This document shows positions 36,512 through 46,666 of a DNA stretch of 64,000 nucleotides, piece by piece. This DNA is from Treponemataceae bacterium (GTDB lineage Bacteria; Spirochaetota; Spirochaetia; Treponematales; Rectinemataceae): assembly GCA_963667725.2 (NCBI GenBank), contig CAXXHO010000003.1, positions 1,248,001-1,312,000 of the forward strand, read 5' to 3'. The number at the start of each line of letters is the position of its first letter. The stretch's first letter is position 1. A program made the position numbers and the translations under genes. Under the pieces are notes generated by a model. That model was given only the letters and a program-made list of their open reading frames with translations, did not search any database and was not told the origin of the DNA.

Positions 36512-38866
36512 TCATGAACCGAAAGCTATTTCGATCACTTCCTCCATCCTGTGTACCGGATGGAAGCGAATTCCCTTCTTTACATGTTCGGGTATCTCGT
36601 CGACATCGGTTTGGTTGGCCGCCGGTATGATCAGATCCTTTATCTTGTTGCGTCTGGCCGCCACGGTTTTTTCCTTGAGCCCGCCTATGGGCAGGACCTG
36701 GCCGGTCAGGGAAAGCTCACCCGTCATGGCCAGCCTGTCCTTTATCTTCCTGTTTATGACGAGAGAAAGCAAAGCGGTGGCCATGGTGATGCCCGCCGAC
36801 GGTCCATCCTTGGGCGTTGCGCCTTCGGGAATGTGGAGATGGATCTGCTTGCCTTCGAAATAGTCAGCGCCGATATCGTACATCTCGGCGGCGACGCTCC
36901 GCACATAGGTATAGGCGATGCTGGCCGATTCCTGCATGACGGATCCCATCTGCCCGGTGAGCTTGAAGCCTTCCTTGCCCGGATTCGCCACGGCTTCGAT
37001 GATGAGCGTATCGCCTCCCATGCTCGTCCACGCGAGTCCCACCGACATGCCGGGCCTTGTCGCCCTCTTGATGTCGTCATCGCGGAATATGGGCTGCCCC
37101 AGGTACTTCTGCACCGCAGCCCTGTCGATGACGACCTTGGATCTTCCTTCCTCGGGCGTATCCAGCACGATGGCTTTCGCCAATTTCCTGTGGATCTTGT
37201 CCAGGCTTTTCTCGAAATTCCTGACGCCGGATTCTCGAGCGTAAGCCTCGGCGATATAGAGCAGCGAATCCCTCGTATAACGGACATCGCTTTTCTTGAG
37301 CCCGTTCTTTTCAAGGCTTTTAGGCACGAGGTAATGCCGGGCGATTTCCAGCTTCTCGCTGTCGACATAGCCCGGTATCTGGATGATTTCCATCCTGTCG
37401 ATGAGAGGCCGGGGAATCGTGTCGAGTGTATTCGCCGTCGTGATGAAGAAAATGTTGGAGATGTCGAAGGGCAAATCGAGATAGTGATCGCGGAAGCTGA
37501 AATTCTGCTCTGGATCGAGGGCTTCGAGCAGGGCGCTCGAGGGGTCGCCCTGATAGGACACGCCCATCTTGTCGATTTCGTCTATCATGAAGACCGGGTC
37601 TTTTGATTTGCTTATCTTGAGACCCTGGATAATCTTGCCGGGCAAGGCGCCCACATAGGTGCGCCTGTGTCCCTTTATCTCGGCCTCGTCCCTCATCCCG
37701 CCGACGCTGAAGCGGAAGAACTGTTTGCCCATGGCTCTGGCTATGGATCTGCCCACGCTCGTCTTGCCGACGCCCGGGGGACCGACGAGACAGAGTATGG
37801 AACCCTTGGAGTCTTTCTTGAGCTTCCGCACCGCAAGATACTCCACGATCCGGTCCTTCACGTCTTTCAGACCGTAATGATCGGCCTCAAGCGTCTCCTG
37901 GGCTTTGACCATATCAAAATCGTTCGAAAGCTCGGTCGTCCAGGGCAGGGAACAGATAAGGTCCAGCCAGTTCCTCGTCACGATATATTCGCTCGCCGAA
38001 GGATCCATCAGGTTGAACTTTTCGAGTTCCTGTTCCACCTGTTCCTTGACCTCCCCTTCGAACTTGAAGGAGTCGATCTTGGCCTTGAATTTCTGGTAGT
38101 CCGAACTTTTCGCGTCCGAAGGAAGCCCCAGCTCCTGTTTTATGGTCTTCAGCTCTTCCTTGAGGAAGTATTCCCTCTGGCTTTTCTCGATCTTCTCGTT
38201 GATTTCCGCCTGGACTTTCTTCTGGATCCTGAGCAGCTCCTGTTCTTTCTTGATGTATATGAGAACTTTCTCCATCCTTTCGCGGACATCAAGGGTTTCC
38301 AGCACCTTCTGCTGTTCCTTTTTATCGATGTTTAGAATGGAAGCGATGAAATCGGCGATTTTTCCGGGATGATCGATGTTGATCATGTTGAGGCGCATTT
38401 CCTCAGAGAAGAGCGGATTGTTCTCCGATACCTGCTTCATCTCGCTGAGGAGGGCTCTGGTGAGCGCCTTGATCTCGTCGGTGTCGTCGTTTATGTCGTC
38501 CAGATAGCTGACCGCCACGACGATGGGCGCTTCTTTGGACAGGAATTTCTTTATCTTGAAGCGCTTCAAGGTCGAGATAAATATGTTGATGCCGCCGTCG
38601 GGAAGGTTGATGCGCTTCACTATCTTGGCAACCGTGCCCACCAGGAAAAGGTTATCGGCTGAAAGCTGGTCCCCCTCTTCCCGGACAAGGACGAGGCCGA
38701 CCATTCCGTCTCCCGTAAGGGCCTGTTCGACTATCTGCATGTCCGGCGGGTTAGCTATCATTATGGGCGTGAAGATGCCCGGGAATATCGGGCGGCCGAT
38801 CAAGGTGATGACCGGCAGCTTGTTCGGCAGAATCTGGTCAATGGCGATTATTTCGTTGTCAGGCAT
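36512..38866 (-). CDS. lon: ATP-dependent Lon protease
   Basis: GPPGVGKTS, GHRRTYVGA, IDEIDK, PKDGPSAG catalytic Ser and IGGLKEK. Confidence 0.97.
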   Translation of the reverse strand: MPDNEIIAIDQILPNKLPVITLIGRPIFPGIFTPIMIANPPDMQIVEQALTGDGMVGLVLVREEGDQLSADNLFLVGTVAKIVKRINLPDGGINIFISTLKRFKIKKFLSKEAPIVVAVSYLDDINDDTDEIKALTRALLSEMKQVSENNPLFSEEMRLNMINIDHPGKIADFIASILNIDKKEQQKVLETLDVRERMEKVLIYIKKEQELLRIQKKVQAEINEKIEKSQREYFLKEELKTIKQELGLPSDAKSSDYQKFKAKIDSFKFEGEVKEQVEQELEKFNLMDPSASEYIVTRNWLDLICSLPWTTELSNDFDMVKAQETLEADHYGLKDVKDRIVEYLAVRKLKKDSKGSILCLVGPPGVGKTSVGRSIARAMGKQFFRFSVGGMRDEAEIKGHRRTYVGALPGKIIQGLKISKSKDPVFMIDEIDKMGVSYQGDPSSALLEALDPEQNFSFRDHYLDLPFDISNIFFITTANTLDTIPRPLIDRMEIIQIPGYVDSEKLEIARHYLVPKSLEKNGLKKSDVRYTRDSLLYIAEAYARESGVRNFEKSLDKIHRKLAKAIVLDTPEEGRSKVVIDRAAVQKYLGQPIFRDDDIKRATRPGMSVGLAWTSMGGDTLIIEAVANPGKEGFKLTGQMGSVMQESASIAYTYVRSVAAEMYDIGADYFEGKQIHLHIPEGATPKDGPSAGITMATALLSLVINRKIKDRLAMTGELSLTGQVLPIGGLKEKTVAARRNKIKDLIIPAANQTDVDEIPEHVKKGIRFHPVHRMEEVIEIAFGS

Positions 38867-38938
38867 AAAAGCTCCTGGGCATGATGTAGGTACGTTCACC
38901 GCATTGTTGAGCGGAGGTATTCATGTATCTACTACAAT

Positions 38939-39925
38939 TTAAGGAATCAGGAGGGTTTCGGCAAGGTTATAGTCGCGTTTCATCGCGACAGGGTCGAAGC
39001 CCGAGCCTCTGCTGCGCAGTGTCGCCGCAGCCGCGACATTGCCGAGACGCAGACATTGGGCGGCATTGAAATCCCGGAGCAAGGCTGTAAGAAAACCAGC
39101 GGAAAAAGCGTCGCCCGCTCCCGTGTCGTCGATCGGATCGATGCGGGATACCGCCGAATCGATCCAGACGCCCTCGCGCATCATGGAAGCGCCCTTCCCC
39201 GCCTTCTTCACTACCCATTCCGTTCCGCTGCCTGGCTCTATCGCCGCCAGACCGCCCAACGCGATGAACTCACTTTCATTGGCGAAGACGATATCGCAGC
39301 AGGTCTGCGCGAACTCCGTAAGCGCCTTCCCGTAGGCCTTCGCATTGGAAGCCGTGGAAATATCCATCGCGACCTTCATCCCCGCTTTCCTGGCCTTCCT
39401 GGCCTGTGTCGAAATCCAAACCATATCGTCGATGAGGAGACCGTCAATATAGAATATCCAGCCTTGGTGAAAGGCTTCAACAGGAATCTCGAATCCCCGA
39501 ATCTCCCTCGCCGCCCCGGGGCTCACGATGATACTCTTTCCGCCGGATTCCGCCGAGAACGAACAGAAGACGCCCGTTGACCTCTCCGAGGCTAGAAGGT
39601 GCGCGCCTATCCCCGCTTCCGCAAGTTCCCCGGCGAGGAATCGACCATGATCATCCCGGCCCACGCTGGCCCAGACTTCGGTCTCCATTCCAAGAGCCCG
39701 CGCCGCCTTGGCCATGATAGCGACGCCGCCGCCCATATTCCAGGAAACCTCGGTTCCATTCTCGCTGTCGCGTATAAAATCGCACAACTCTTCCATGAGG
39801 GCGGAAGGCACATGAGCGGGCGAAGGAAGCTTCCCCCAGCGCGCGGAAAAGGCGTCGGTCGCCTTCCCTATTCCATCCACGAGAATATGACCTATCGCCA
39901 TTATGCCTTTGGATCGCGAATTCAC
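38939..39925 (-). CDS. PfkB-family carbohydrate/nucleoside kinase
   Basis: GGG, VGRDDHG, FANESE and DDTGAGDAF. Confidence 0.88.
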   Translation of the reverse strand: MNSRSKGIMAIGHILVDGIGKATDAFSARWGKLPSPAHVPSALMEELCDFIRDSENGTEVSWNMGGGVAIMAKAARALGMETEVWASVGRDDHGRFLAGELAEAGIGAHLLASERSTGVFCSFSAESGGKSIIVSPGAAREIRGFEIPVEAFHQGWIFYIDGLLIDDMVWISTQARKARKAGMKVAMDISTASNAKAYGKALTEFAQTCCDIVFANESEFIALGGLAAIEPGSGTEWVVKKAGKGASMMREGVWIDSAVSRIDPIDDTGAGDAFSAGFLTALLRDFNAAQCLRLGNVAAAATLRSRGSGFDPVAMKRDYNLAETLLIP

Positions 39926-39991
39926 CTGACTTGACCCTCGTATGTAAATATGATAATTTCTGCAGGCTTCATCCTTATGGATGAGGCTTTC

Positions 39992-40065
39992 GGGCGCTTG
40001 GCTCAGCTGGTCAGAGCGGCTGGTTTACACCCAGTAGGTCGGGGGTTCGAACCCCTCAGCGCCCA
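39992..40065 (+). tRNA. tRNA-Val(UAC)
   Basis: GGGCGCT acceptor stem, anticodon TAC, GTTCGAAC T-loop. Confidence 0.95.
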
Positions 40066-40076
40066 TTCTCTCAGCT

Positions 40077-40625
40077 TCAATATCTAGGCATTCCGAGCAG
40101 CTGTGAATAGGGTTTCGCCTCAATGCTCGAAAGCGGAATGCCGCAGCGCTCGATTATCGCGAATAACTTCTTCTTAATGTTCTCCACGTCAATATCGACG
40201 CCTTCCTCATTCAAGGTTTCGACTTCGAGAAACTCACCCAGTCCATCGACGGCTACCAACTCAGCGATGATGCCCCCCTCGCCCCTCCAGGATGTGCCGG
40301 TCTTTCTCTTCTTGTAGAGAAGCTTGGCCGACATCTTATCCAGGAACTTCCTGAATGCCTGCGCGTCCAGTATGCCGAATTCCACTTCTTTGTTGATTTC
40401 GATGTTTTCGGTGTAGGTCTTTTCCTTGAACGTGACCGTCTCCCGCCCCGGCTCGGTGCGCAGCCTGAGGCGGAATCCTATCGCGGGGATGAAAGACGTC
40501 ACGACGGGAAGCGCGTAATATTCATCGTTCTTGTCAATTTCGCCCATATAGGTCATGAACGTCAAAAGCCTCTTCTCGATAAGGGTTCGATCGCTTACTC
40601 TGGCTTTCAGCTCAATTTCAAGCAT
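40077..40625 (-). CDS. cyaB: CYTH-domain protein (class IV adenylate cyclase-like)
   Basis: EIELKA, LRLR, TFK, GLGEFLEVE and terminal Y..LL. Confidence 0.8.
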   Translation of the reverse strand: MLEIELKARVSDRTLIEKRLLTFMTYMGEIDKNDEYYALPVVTSFIPAIGFRLRLRTEPGRETVTFKEKTYTENIEINKEVEFGILDAQAFRKFLDKMSAKLLYKKRKTGTSWRGEGGIIAELVAVDGLGEFLEVETLNEEGVDIDVENIKKKLFAIIERCGIPLSSIEAKPYSQLLGMPRY

Positions 40626-40643
40626 CGATGAATACGCTCCTGT

Positions 40644-42302
40644 TCAGTCTTTCATTTTCAGCACGGATTCGTCGTAATCCTCGGGGGGGACGAATCCCAG
40701 AAGCTCCACGCAGGTCGCGGCCAGACTGGAAATCCCCAGGCCCGAGTTCAGCGCTTTATCGTATTCACCTTTCGTCTCGGGGTCATAAATGACGCAGGGC
40801 ACAGGATTGAGGGAATGACTGGTCTTGGCTTTGGGGCTTCCGTCGGTTTCGAGCAGGGCTTTCTTCGTCTTCTTGTCGTGCTCGATCATATCGTCGGAGT
40901 TTCCGTGGTCGGCGGTAAGGATCATGACGCCGCCGGCTTTTCGTATGGCTTCCTCAAGCCTCCCAAGCTGTATATCCATGGATTCCATGGAACATACGAC
41001 CGACTGGAAAACGCCGGTATGGCCTACCATGTCGCCGTTGGGAAAATTGAGCCTGATGAAACGATATTTCCCCGATTCGATGGCCGTGATCACCCTGTCG
41101 GTGATTTCGGCGCATTTCATCCAGGGTCTCTGTTCGAAGGGAACGCGATCGCTCGGCACCTCGACATAGTCCTCAAGGGCTTCAGAAAACTTGCCCGTTC
41201 GGTTGCCGTTAAAGAAGTATGTCACGTGTCCGTATTTCTGCGTTTCAGAGATGGCCAGGGATTTTATGCCCGAAGCGGCGAGATATTCGCCCACCGTGCG
41301 GTCGATCGCGGGCGGCGTCACGAGATAGTTCCTTGGCACGCCGAGGTCGCCGTCGTACTGCATCATGCCGGCATAGAAAACCTCGGGCCGCGGACCGCGA
41401 TCGAATTTGGAGAAGCTTTCATCCTCGAAGGCATTGGTAATCTCGATGGCCCTGTCCCCGCGGAAATTGAAGTAGATGACGCTGTCGCCGTCATTGATGC
41501 GGCCTATGGGTTCCTTGTGGTCTATAATCACGAATTCGCCCATATCCTGGTCGATGAGCTTGGGATTCTCGGCTCTGTAGGTCTCGACCGCCTCCCTGGC
41601 GCTCGAGAAGGGGCGCCCAAGGCCTTTGACGTGGCAATCCCACCCGCGCTTCACCATGTCCCAATTGGCGCCGTAGCGGTCCATGGTGATGTACTGGCGG
41701 CCCCCTCCGGACCCGATCCGATAATCGAAGCCCCGGGCATTGAATCCGGCGAGAAATTCCTCGAAAGGGAGAATGTAGTCGAGAGCGCTCTGCGAGCCCA
41801 CGTCCCTGCCGTCCAGAAGGGTATGCACCCGAACGCGCTTTACGTCTTCCCTAGCGGCCTGCTCTATCATGGCCTTCAGATGGTCTATATGGGAATGGAC
41901 GTTGCCGTCGGAAAATAGTCCGAGGAAATGCAGCGTTCCGCCTTTTGTCTTCACCCCGGCTATGAGCTCCTGCCATACGCGGCCGCCGAACATGGCTTTC
42001 GTGGCAATCGAAGCGCCTACAAGCTTGGCGCCCTGAGCGAAGACCCTGCCGCAGCCTATGGCATTGTGCCCGACTTCGGAATTGCCCATATCGTCGTCGG
42101 AAGGAAGTCCGACAGCCATGCCGTGAGCCTTGAGCTTCGTCGTCGGGGATGTGGATTCCATGGCCCTGAAATGGCGCATATCGGCCTGGGCTACCGCATC
42201 GCCGTCCCTGTATTCGCCGTATCCCACGCCATCCATTATCACCAACAGGACAGGCCCGCGCCTGCCTTTCCAATTCGGGTTTCTATCGAGAGCTGTCAAC
42301 AT
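40644..42302 (-). CDS. gpmI: 2,3-bisphosphoglycerate-independent phosphoglycerate mutase
   Basis: MDGVG, MGNSEVGH, DGRD, NFRGDR, SETQKYGHVTYFFNG, DMVGHTG and TADHGN. Confidence 0.96.
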   Translation of the reverse strand: MLTALDRNPNWKGRRGPVLLVIMDGVGYGEYRDGDAVAQADMRHFRAMESTSPTTKLKAHGMAVGLPSDDDMGNSEVGHNAIGCGRVFAQGAKLVGASIATKAMFGGRVWQELIAGVKTKGGTLHFLGLFSDGNVHSHIDHLKAMIEQAAREDVKRVRVHTLLDGRDVGSQSALDYILPFEEFLAGFNARGFDYRIGSGGGRQYITMDRYGANWDMVKRGWDCHVKGLGRPFSSAREAVETYRAENPKLIDQDMGEFVIIDHKEPIGRINDGDSVIYFNFRGDRAIEITNAFEDESFSKFDRGPRPEVFYAGMMQYDGDLGVPRNYLVTPPAIDRTVGEYLAASGIKSLAISETQKYGHVTYFFNGNRTGKFSEALEDYVEVPSDRVPFEQRPWMKCAEITDRVITAIESGKYRFIRLNFPNGDMVGHTGVFQSVVCSMESMDIQLGRLEEAIRKAGGVMILTADHGNSDDMIEHDKKTKKALLETDGSPKAKTSHSLNPVPCVIYDPETKGEYDKALNSGLGISSLAATCVELLGFVPPEDYDESVLKMKD

Positions 42303-42317
42303 TGAAAGACTCCTTGC

Positions 42318-42869
42318 CTATTCTCCAAAATACTCAATCAGCGTGTCGATGGGTAGGTTCTTGACCGTTTCCCTGTAATTGAGGAAGGGTAGTCCTATGA
42401 CGGAGAAGGCACGTACGGGTTCGGCCCCGCATCGGCGTATCATGTCGCAGGTCGCGTTGATGGTGCCGCCCGTCGCGATGAGATCGTCCACTATGAGGAA
42501 CCGGCTGCCCGGCTTTATGTCGTCGACATGCATCTCGAGAGTCGCCGATCCGTATTCGAGATCGTAGGATTTGGATATGGTTTTGCCGGGCAGCTTCCCC
42601 TGCTTGCGCACGAGGAGCAGCGGTAGGCCCAGTTTATGGCAGAAGGGAGCGGCGAAAATGAACCCCCTCGATTCTATGGCGGCGACGGCATCGATGCGCT
42701 CGTTTCTGTAGAGTTTCAGCATGGAGCTAACGCAATACGCGAAAGCGTCCGGATTGGCGAGGACACTTGTTATGTCATAGAAGAGAATCCCGGGCTTGGG
42801 AAAATCCGGAATTTTACGGATGGCATCATCGAGATTGAAACCTTCCGTCTCATTGTTCGTTTCGGACAT
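42318..42869 (-). CDS. apt: Adenine phosphoribosyltransferase
   Basis: PDFPKPGILFYDIT, ESRGF, RKQGKLP, LEYG and VDDLIATGGT. Confidence 0.96.
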   Translation of the reverse strand: MSETNNETEGFNLDDAIRKIPDFPKPGILFYDITSVLANPDAFAYCVSSMLKLYRNERIDAVAAIESRGFIFAAPFCHKLGLPLLLVRKQGKLPGKTISKSYDLEYGSATLEMHVDDIKPGSRFLIVDDLIATGGTINATCDMIRRCGAEPVRAFSVIGLPFLNYRETVKNLPIDTLIEYFGE

Positions 42870-42982
42870 TGAACCGCCCCACATATTCATGATGAACGAC
42901 AGTGAACAATATTAGGTACGCGACCCGCCGATGTCAAGCTTGGCCCCGTATCTCGAATCCTCGCGCCAAGGCCCACGGAGCT

Positions 42983-43516
42983 TTATTTTCTTTGTATGAA
43001 CGCGTCGAGGATGCCGACAACAGCGCTGAGGCCAAGGGATATTCCCAACCGGATGAAGGTTTCGGAGCTGGTCACCGCCGCGGAATACTGACTCTTGAAA
43101 GGCCAGGGCGCATATTGCACGTCAAAACCGCTGCTCGCGAAACGAGCCGAATCGAATACGAAGTTCGTATAGAAAAGCGCGATGGGGAAAGTGCCCATGC
43201 CGGTGATCGCTATTCTTCGGAACTTCGCTTTTACCGCGCTTTCCTTCCGTGCGGATTTTTCGGCCGAATAAGTTTTAGGAATGGGTGTCGCCGATATCGC
43301 CGGTACCGCCGATGGAACGGAGGTCAGTGCCGTCTGTTCGGAGGAAATCGAAGGAGAACTCGGGGCTTGGCTTTCCTCTTGGGCCTCGCATCGTCCTCCA
43401 GCCGCAAGAGCGGAACACAAGCTGAGGAGGATGACGATACGTCGGACGAGTCCAGTCCCGCGGTGCCTGCCCCGGGAAAAGCCCGCCGAATCGCGCGCTA
43501 AGACGGAACATCTCAT
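42983..43516 (-). CDS. Hypothetical membrane protein
   Basis: ATGA overlap with yggS; signal-like segment plus two C-terminal hydrophobic segments. Start uncertain. Confidence 0.6.
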   Translation of the reverse strand: MRCSVLARDSAGFSRGRHRGTGLVRRIVILLSLCSALAAGGRCEAQEESQAPSSPSISSEQTALTSVPSAVPAISATPIPKTYSAEKSARKESAVKAKFRRIAITGMGTFPIALFYTNFVFDSARFASSGFDVQYAPWPFKSQYSAAVTSSETFIRLGISLGLSAVVGILDAFIQRK

Positions 43517-44247
43517 CGCCTGACTCCAAAAATTGCCGTGCCGATGCGCAGAAGCGTTGAACCTTCCTCGACGGCAATCTCATAGTCACCGCTCATGCCC
43601 ATGGAAAGCTGCCCGAATCCGGGCAGGTCAAAACGCTTTTTTATTTCCTCGACGGCTCTTGAAAGTTTTCTAAACGAGTGACGTATGGTTATAGGGTCGT
43701 CCGTGTAAGGCGCCATAGTCATCAACCCACTCAGTACAAGCGGATAGCGTGGTTCAGAATCCCGGCCAGCATCGCTCTTCCATCGCAGGTATGTCTCTAC
43801 CGCTTCAAAAAGGCTGTCGTCATCGGAAAATCCTGATTTCGTCGATTCTCCCGTATGCAATTCCAGGTATAGTTCGAGGTTCTTTTCTCCCGCGCGAGCG
43901 GTTATCGCCTGCAGCAGGCTCATCGAACTCACCGATTGAATGGCGTCGAAAAGCTTGAGGGCCTTATTGATCTTGTTGCTCTGAAAAGTGCCTATCATAT
44001 CGAGGCTGATGCCGGGCATTTCCAAAAACAGTTCAGGCAGATACTTCCCCGCCGCTTCTTGGACTCGATTTTCCCCGAAACGCCGTATCCCGCAGGCATA
44101 GGCTTCCCTCACCGCCTCCTGCGGATGGAACTTCGTCACCGCCAGAATCGTTATCGCTTCGGCGCTTCTACCGGAGCGCTCCGCGGCGGCACGCACCTTC
44201 GCATGGATGGATTCTATATTTTCTTTTATGAAAGCGTACTCGGACAT
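43513..44247 (-). CDS. yggS: YggS PLP homeostasis protein
   Basis: AVTK, FGENRVQE, GLMTM, LSMGMSGDY and RIGTAIFG. Confidence 0.94.
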   Translation of the reverse strand: MSEYAFIKENIESIHAKVRAAAERSGRSAEAITILAVTKFHPQEAVREAYACGIRRFGENRVQEAAGKYLPELFLEMPGISLDMIGTFQSNKINKALKLFDAIQSVSSMSLLQAITARAGEKNLELYLELHTGESTKSGFSDDDSLFEAVETYLRWKSDAGRDSEPRYPLVLSGLMTMAPYTDDPITIRHSFRKLSRAVEEIKKRFDLPGFGQLSMGMSGDYEIAVEEGSTLLRIGTAIFGVRR

Positions 44248-44314
44248 GGAATTATTGTACCCCCGGCAGGTTCAAGCGGCAATCCCGTCCTTCCTTCTGG
44301 AAAAACGGCTTTCT

Positions 44315-45280
44315 TTACTTGGCGGAAAATTTCCAATTAAAGCTGCTGGAATTGCCCGCGTAATCGTACACCGAGAATTCGAGGGCGTGCATGCCTCTGG
44401 GTATGAACTGCTTGCCCAAGAGGAGCCGGCCATCCTCATCGGTCAGCCTTGATGAAGGAGCTTCCAGATCCAGGAAAGCCAAACCCTCAGGAGTGATGCG
44501 GGCAGAATCGAGTTTTCTATCGGCGATCACCTTCCCGTCGAAAACAGCCTTGAGTCTGAAAACGCCGGATATGGATCCTTTGGCGTAGGCGGGATCGGTG
44601 ACGCTCACTGCAAGGCTATAATTGCCCTGAGGGACTTCCTGCGCGCCCTTCCTCGGATTTTCGGCGATAATCGTGCGGTCCTGCCCCAGCAAGGCAATCT
44701 CTTCGATCCTGGGAGAGGCCCTATCGACGAGATCCTTGATGAAAAAAGCCGGGTTTACCCATAATCGGGAAGCGCCGTCGTAAACGCGAAAGAGGTAATA
44801 GGAGTAAAGTGCTCTCGTAATCTCTGCGATCCTGCCGACAACCTCGCCCTTCTTGATCATGGACTTGGCCGAAGCTTCCGATACGTAAGTTTTCCCTGAG
44901 TATAGGCTGATGAATCCATCAGCATGCGCCACCGCGGTAAAATTGCCCGTAGCGTGCGGCAAGCCGCCGGAAAGCAGATGATTGTCTTGTATGAAAAGTA
45001 TCCTGCCGTCGCCTGCGGCCCTGATGGCGTCGTTTTCCGCGGAAAGAAAGGCTCCCGTTTGAAGGTATTTCTCTTCCTTTTGCCCATCAGGAAGCTGACC
45101 TGGCACGCCGAAATTCACGGCTACATCCAGGGATTCCATGCTGAGGGGAGCATCCTGCGCGAAAACGGGAATGCCAGAAGCCATTCCGATCGTCATGACC
45201 CATACTATGAGAACAATCAATTTCAGTGGAGCTATCTCCATGGGCAGAACCCTATTAACATGCCTGGCACTCGCGCTCAA
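44315..45280 (-). CDS. Exported protein with degenerate M23/LytM-like domain
   Basis: Signal peptide; IRAAGDGRI..GNF..H.DG..SLY..KKGEVVG pattern but no HxH. Confidence 0.6.
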   Translation of the reverse strand: MSASARHVNRVLPMEIAPLKLIVLIVWVMTIGMASGIPVFAQDAPLSMESLDVAVNFGVPGQLPDGQKEEKYLQTGAFLSAENDAIRAAGDGRILFIQDNHLLSGGLPHATGNFTAVAHADGFISLYSGKTYVSEASAKSMIKKGEVVGRIAEITRALYSYYLFRVYDGASRLWVNPAFFIKDLVDRASPRIEEIALLGQDRTIIAENPRKGAQEVPQGNYSLAVSVTDPAYAKGSISGVFRLKAVFDGKVIADRKLDSARITPEGLAFLDLEAPSSRLTDEDGRLLLGKQFIPRGMHALEFSVYDYAGNSSSFNWKFSAK

Positions 45281-46185
45281 CGTTCCGCCGCCTTGTATCG
45301 CTGTATGGCATTCTTGCCCGCGATCATCATGATATCGCCTGAGACCGATAGTCCCGAGCCGGTTTCTTCGATCAGGAACATGGCTTCGATCACGCCCTTT
45401 CGTATCAATCCCGCGAAGCGTTCATTCCCTTTCGCCAGGAGGATCGCGAACCTGTCGAGACCGATCGGCTCTATAAGAAGCTCCGCTTCGCCGGCGAAAT
45501 AATCGGCCCTCACGATCATGCCTTTTCGTTTCTGGACATCGTAGAAAGCCAGTCCATCGGCGGTTCGCCCTATGACGGACAGCCCATCCGTCGAAAAGGA
45601 TGCCGGCTGATCGCTCACTACCTGACTTTCAAGCTTTTTCTCGAAAGCCAGCTCATAGCCATGATTCTTTTTGGAGAATACGAGGAAATACTGAGGGTCA
45701 AGTCCATACAAGGCGGCTATCGACTGCCCATTTTCGGAGATCGCCACCCCATAGACGCAGGGATAGGCCGAACTGACCGCATGCTCAGAGGGCTTAAGCT
45801 CATCGAGGAGTCTTCCTTCCTGGTCCAAGACCTGAATACTTCCGTTCAGCAGCCCCCAAGCCGAAGCCGCGGCCGACACCGAGCCGGCGGTCAAGGGTGA
45901 GCTGAACTCGCGCGTCCAAAGCGATACCCCTGCTCTATCCGTCTCCATGACTCCCTGCTGGTCGGGGCGAAGGATAAAGGAGCGGTCCCGGACTCTATAG
46001 GATTCCCTATCGCTCGGCGCTGCCGCGTCGGATTCGGGTACCGGAACGGAATCCAGCCGCACCAGTCCCTGTTCATACCTAAGGGGGCGCTGGGCGAATA
46101 TGACATAGAAAACCACGGCGGCGGCTGTCATCCAGGCGAGATGGCCGCGTTTTCGGTTGGAGTAGTTGTTGGCGCGTTTCACCAT
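45277..46185 (-). CDS. Hypothetical membrane-anchored beta-rich (propeller-like) protein
   Basis: N-terminal TM; short beta repeats such as VAISENG and FSTDG. Confidence 0.6.
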   Translation of the reverse strand: MVKRANNYSNRKRGHLAWMTAAAVVFYVIFAQRPLRYEQGLVRLDSVPVPESDAAAPSDRESYRVRDRSFILRPDQQGVMETDRAGVSLWTREFSSPLTAGSVSAAASAWGLLNGSIQVLDQEGRLLDELKPSEHAVSSAYPCVYGVAISENGQSIAALYGLDPQYFLVFSKKNHGYELAFEKKLESQVVSDQPASFSTDGLSVIGRTADGLAFYDVQKRKGMIVRADYFAGEAELLIEPIGLDRFAILLAKGNERFAGLIRKGVIEAMFLIEETGSGLSVSGDIMMIAGKNAIQRYKAAER

Positions 46186-46264
46186 GATTCCAAAATTGTT
46201 GTATTCAAGCTTTCAAATGGTATATAGTATTTATTACAGCTGTCAACATAAGAAGGCGTTTGAT

Positions 46265-46666
46265 ATGGAAATTGATGAATTGCTTTTCTCCGCCGCCCAA
46301 AATGCCGCGACAAAATCATACTCGCCCTACTCGAAATTCCGCGTCGGCGCGGCAATTCTCTGCGGCGACGGTTCCATAGTGACTGGAACCAATGTGGAGA
46401 ACAGATCCTTCGGCCTCACCATCTGCGCCGAACGCAGCGCCCTTGTCGCGGCCATAAGCGAGGGAAAAAGGGACTTCAAGGCAATAGCCATAGCCACACC
46501 CGACGCCGACTATGCGGTGAGCCCCTGCGGAGCCTGCAGACAGGTGCTCTCCGAGTTTTTTCCAGCCGACGCGCCCGTTCAATTCGGCAATGCGCCGGGA
46601 AACAGGGTTCGCTGCACTATCGGCGCTCTGATTCCTTTCGACGCGCTTCATGAATTAGCTCACTGA
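46265..46666 (+). CDS. cdd: Cytidine deaminase
   Basis: YSPYSKFRVGAA, NVEN, CAERSA and PCGACRQ. Confidence 0.95.
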   Translation: MEIDELLFSAAQNAATKSYSPYSKFRVGAAILCGDGSIVTGTNVENRSFGLTICAERSALVAAISEGKRDFKAIAIATPDADYAVSPCGACRQVLSEFFPADAPVQFGNAPGNRVRCTIGALIPFDALHELAH

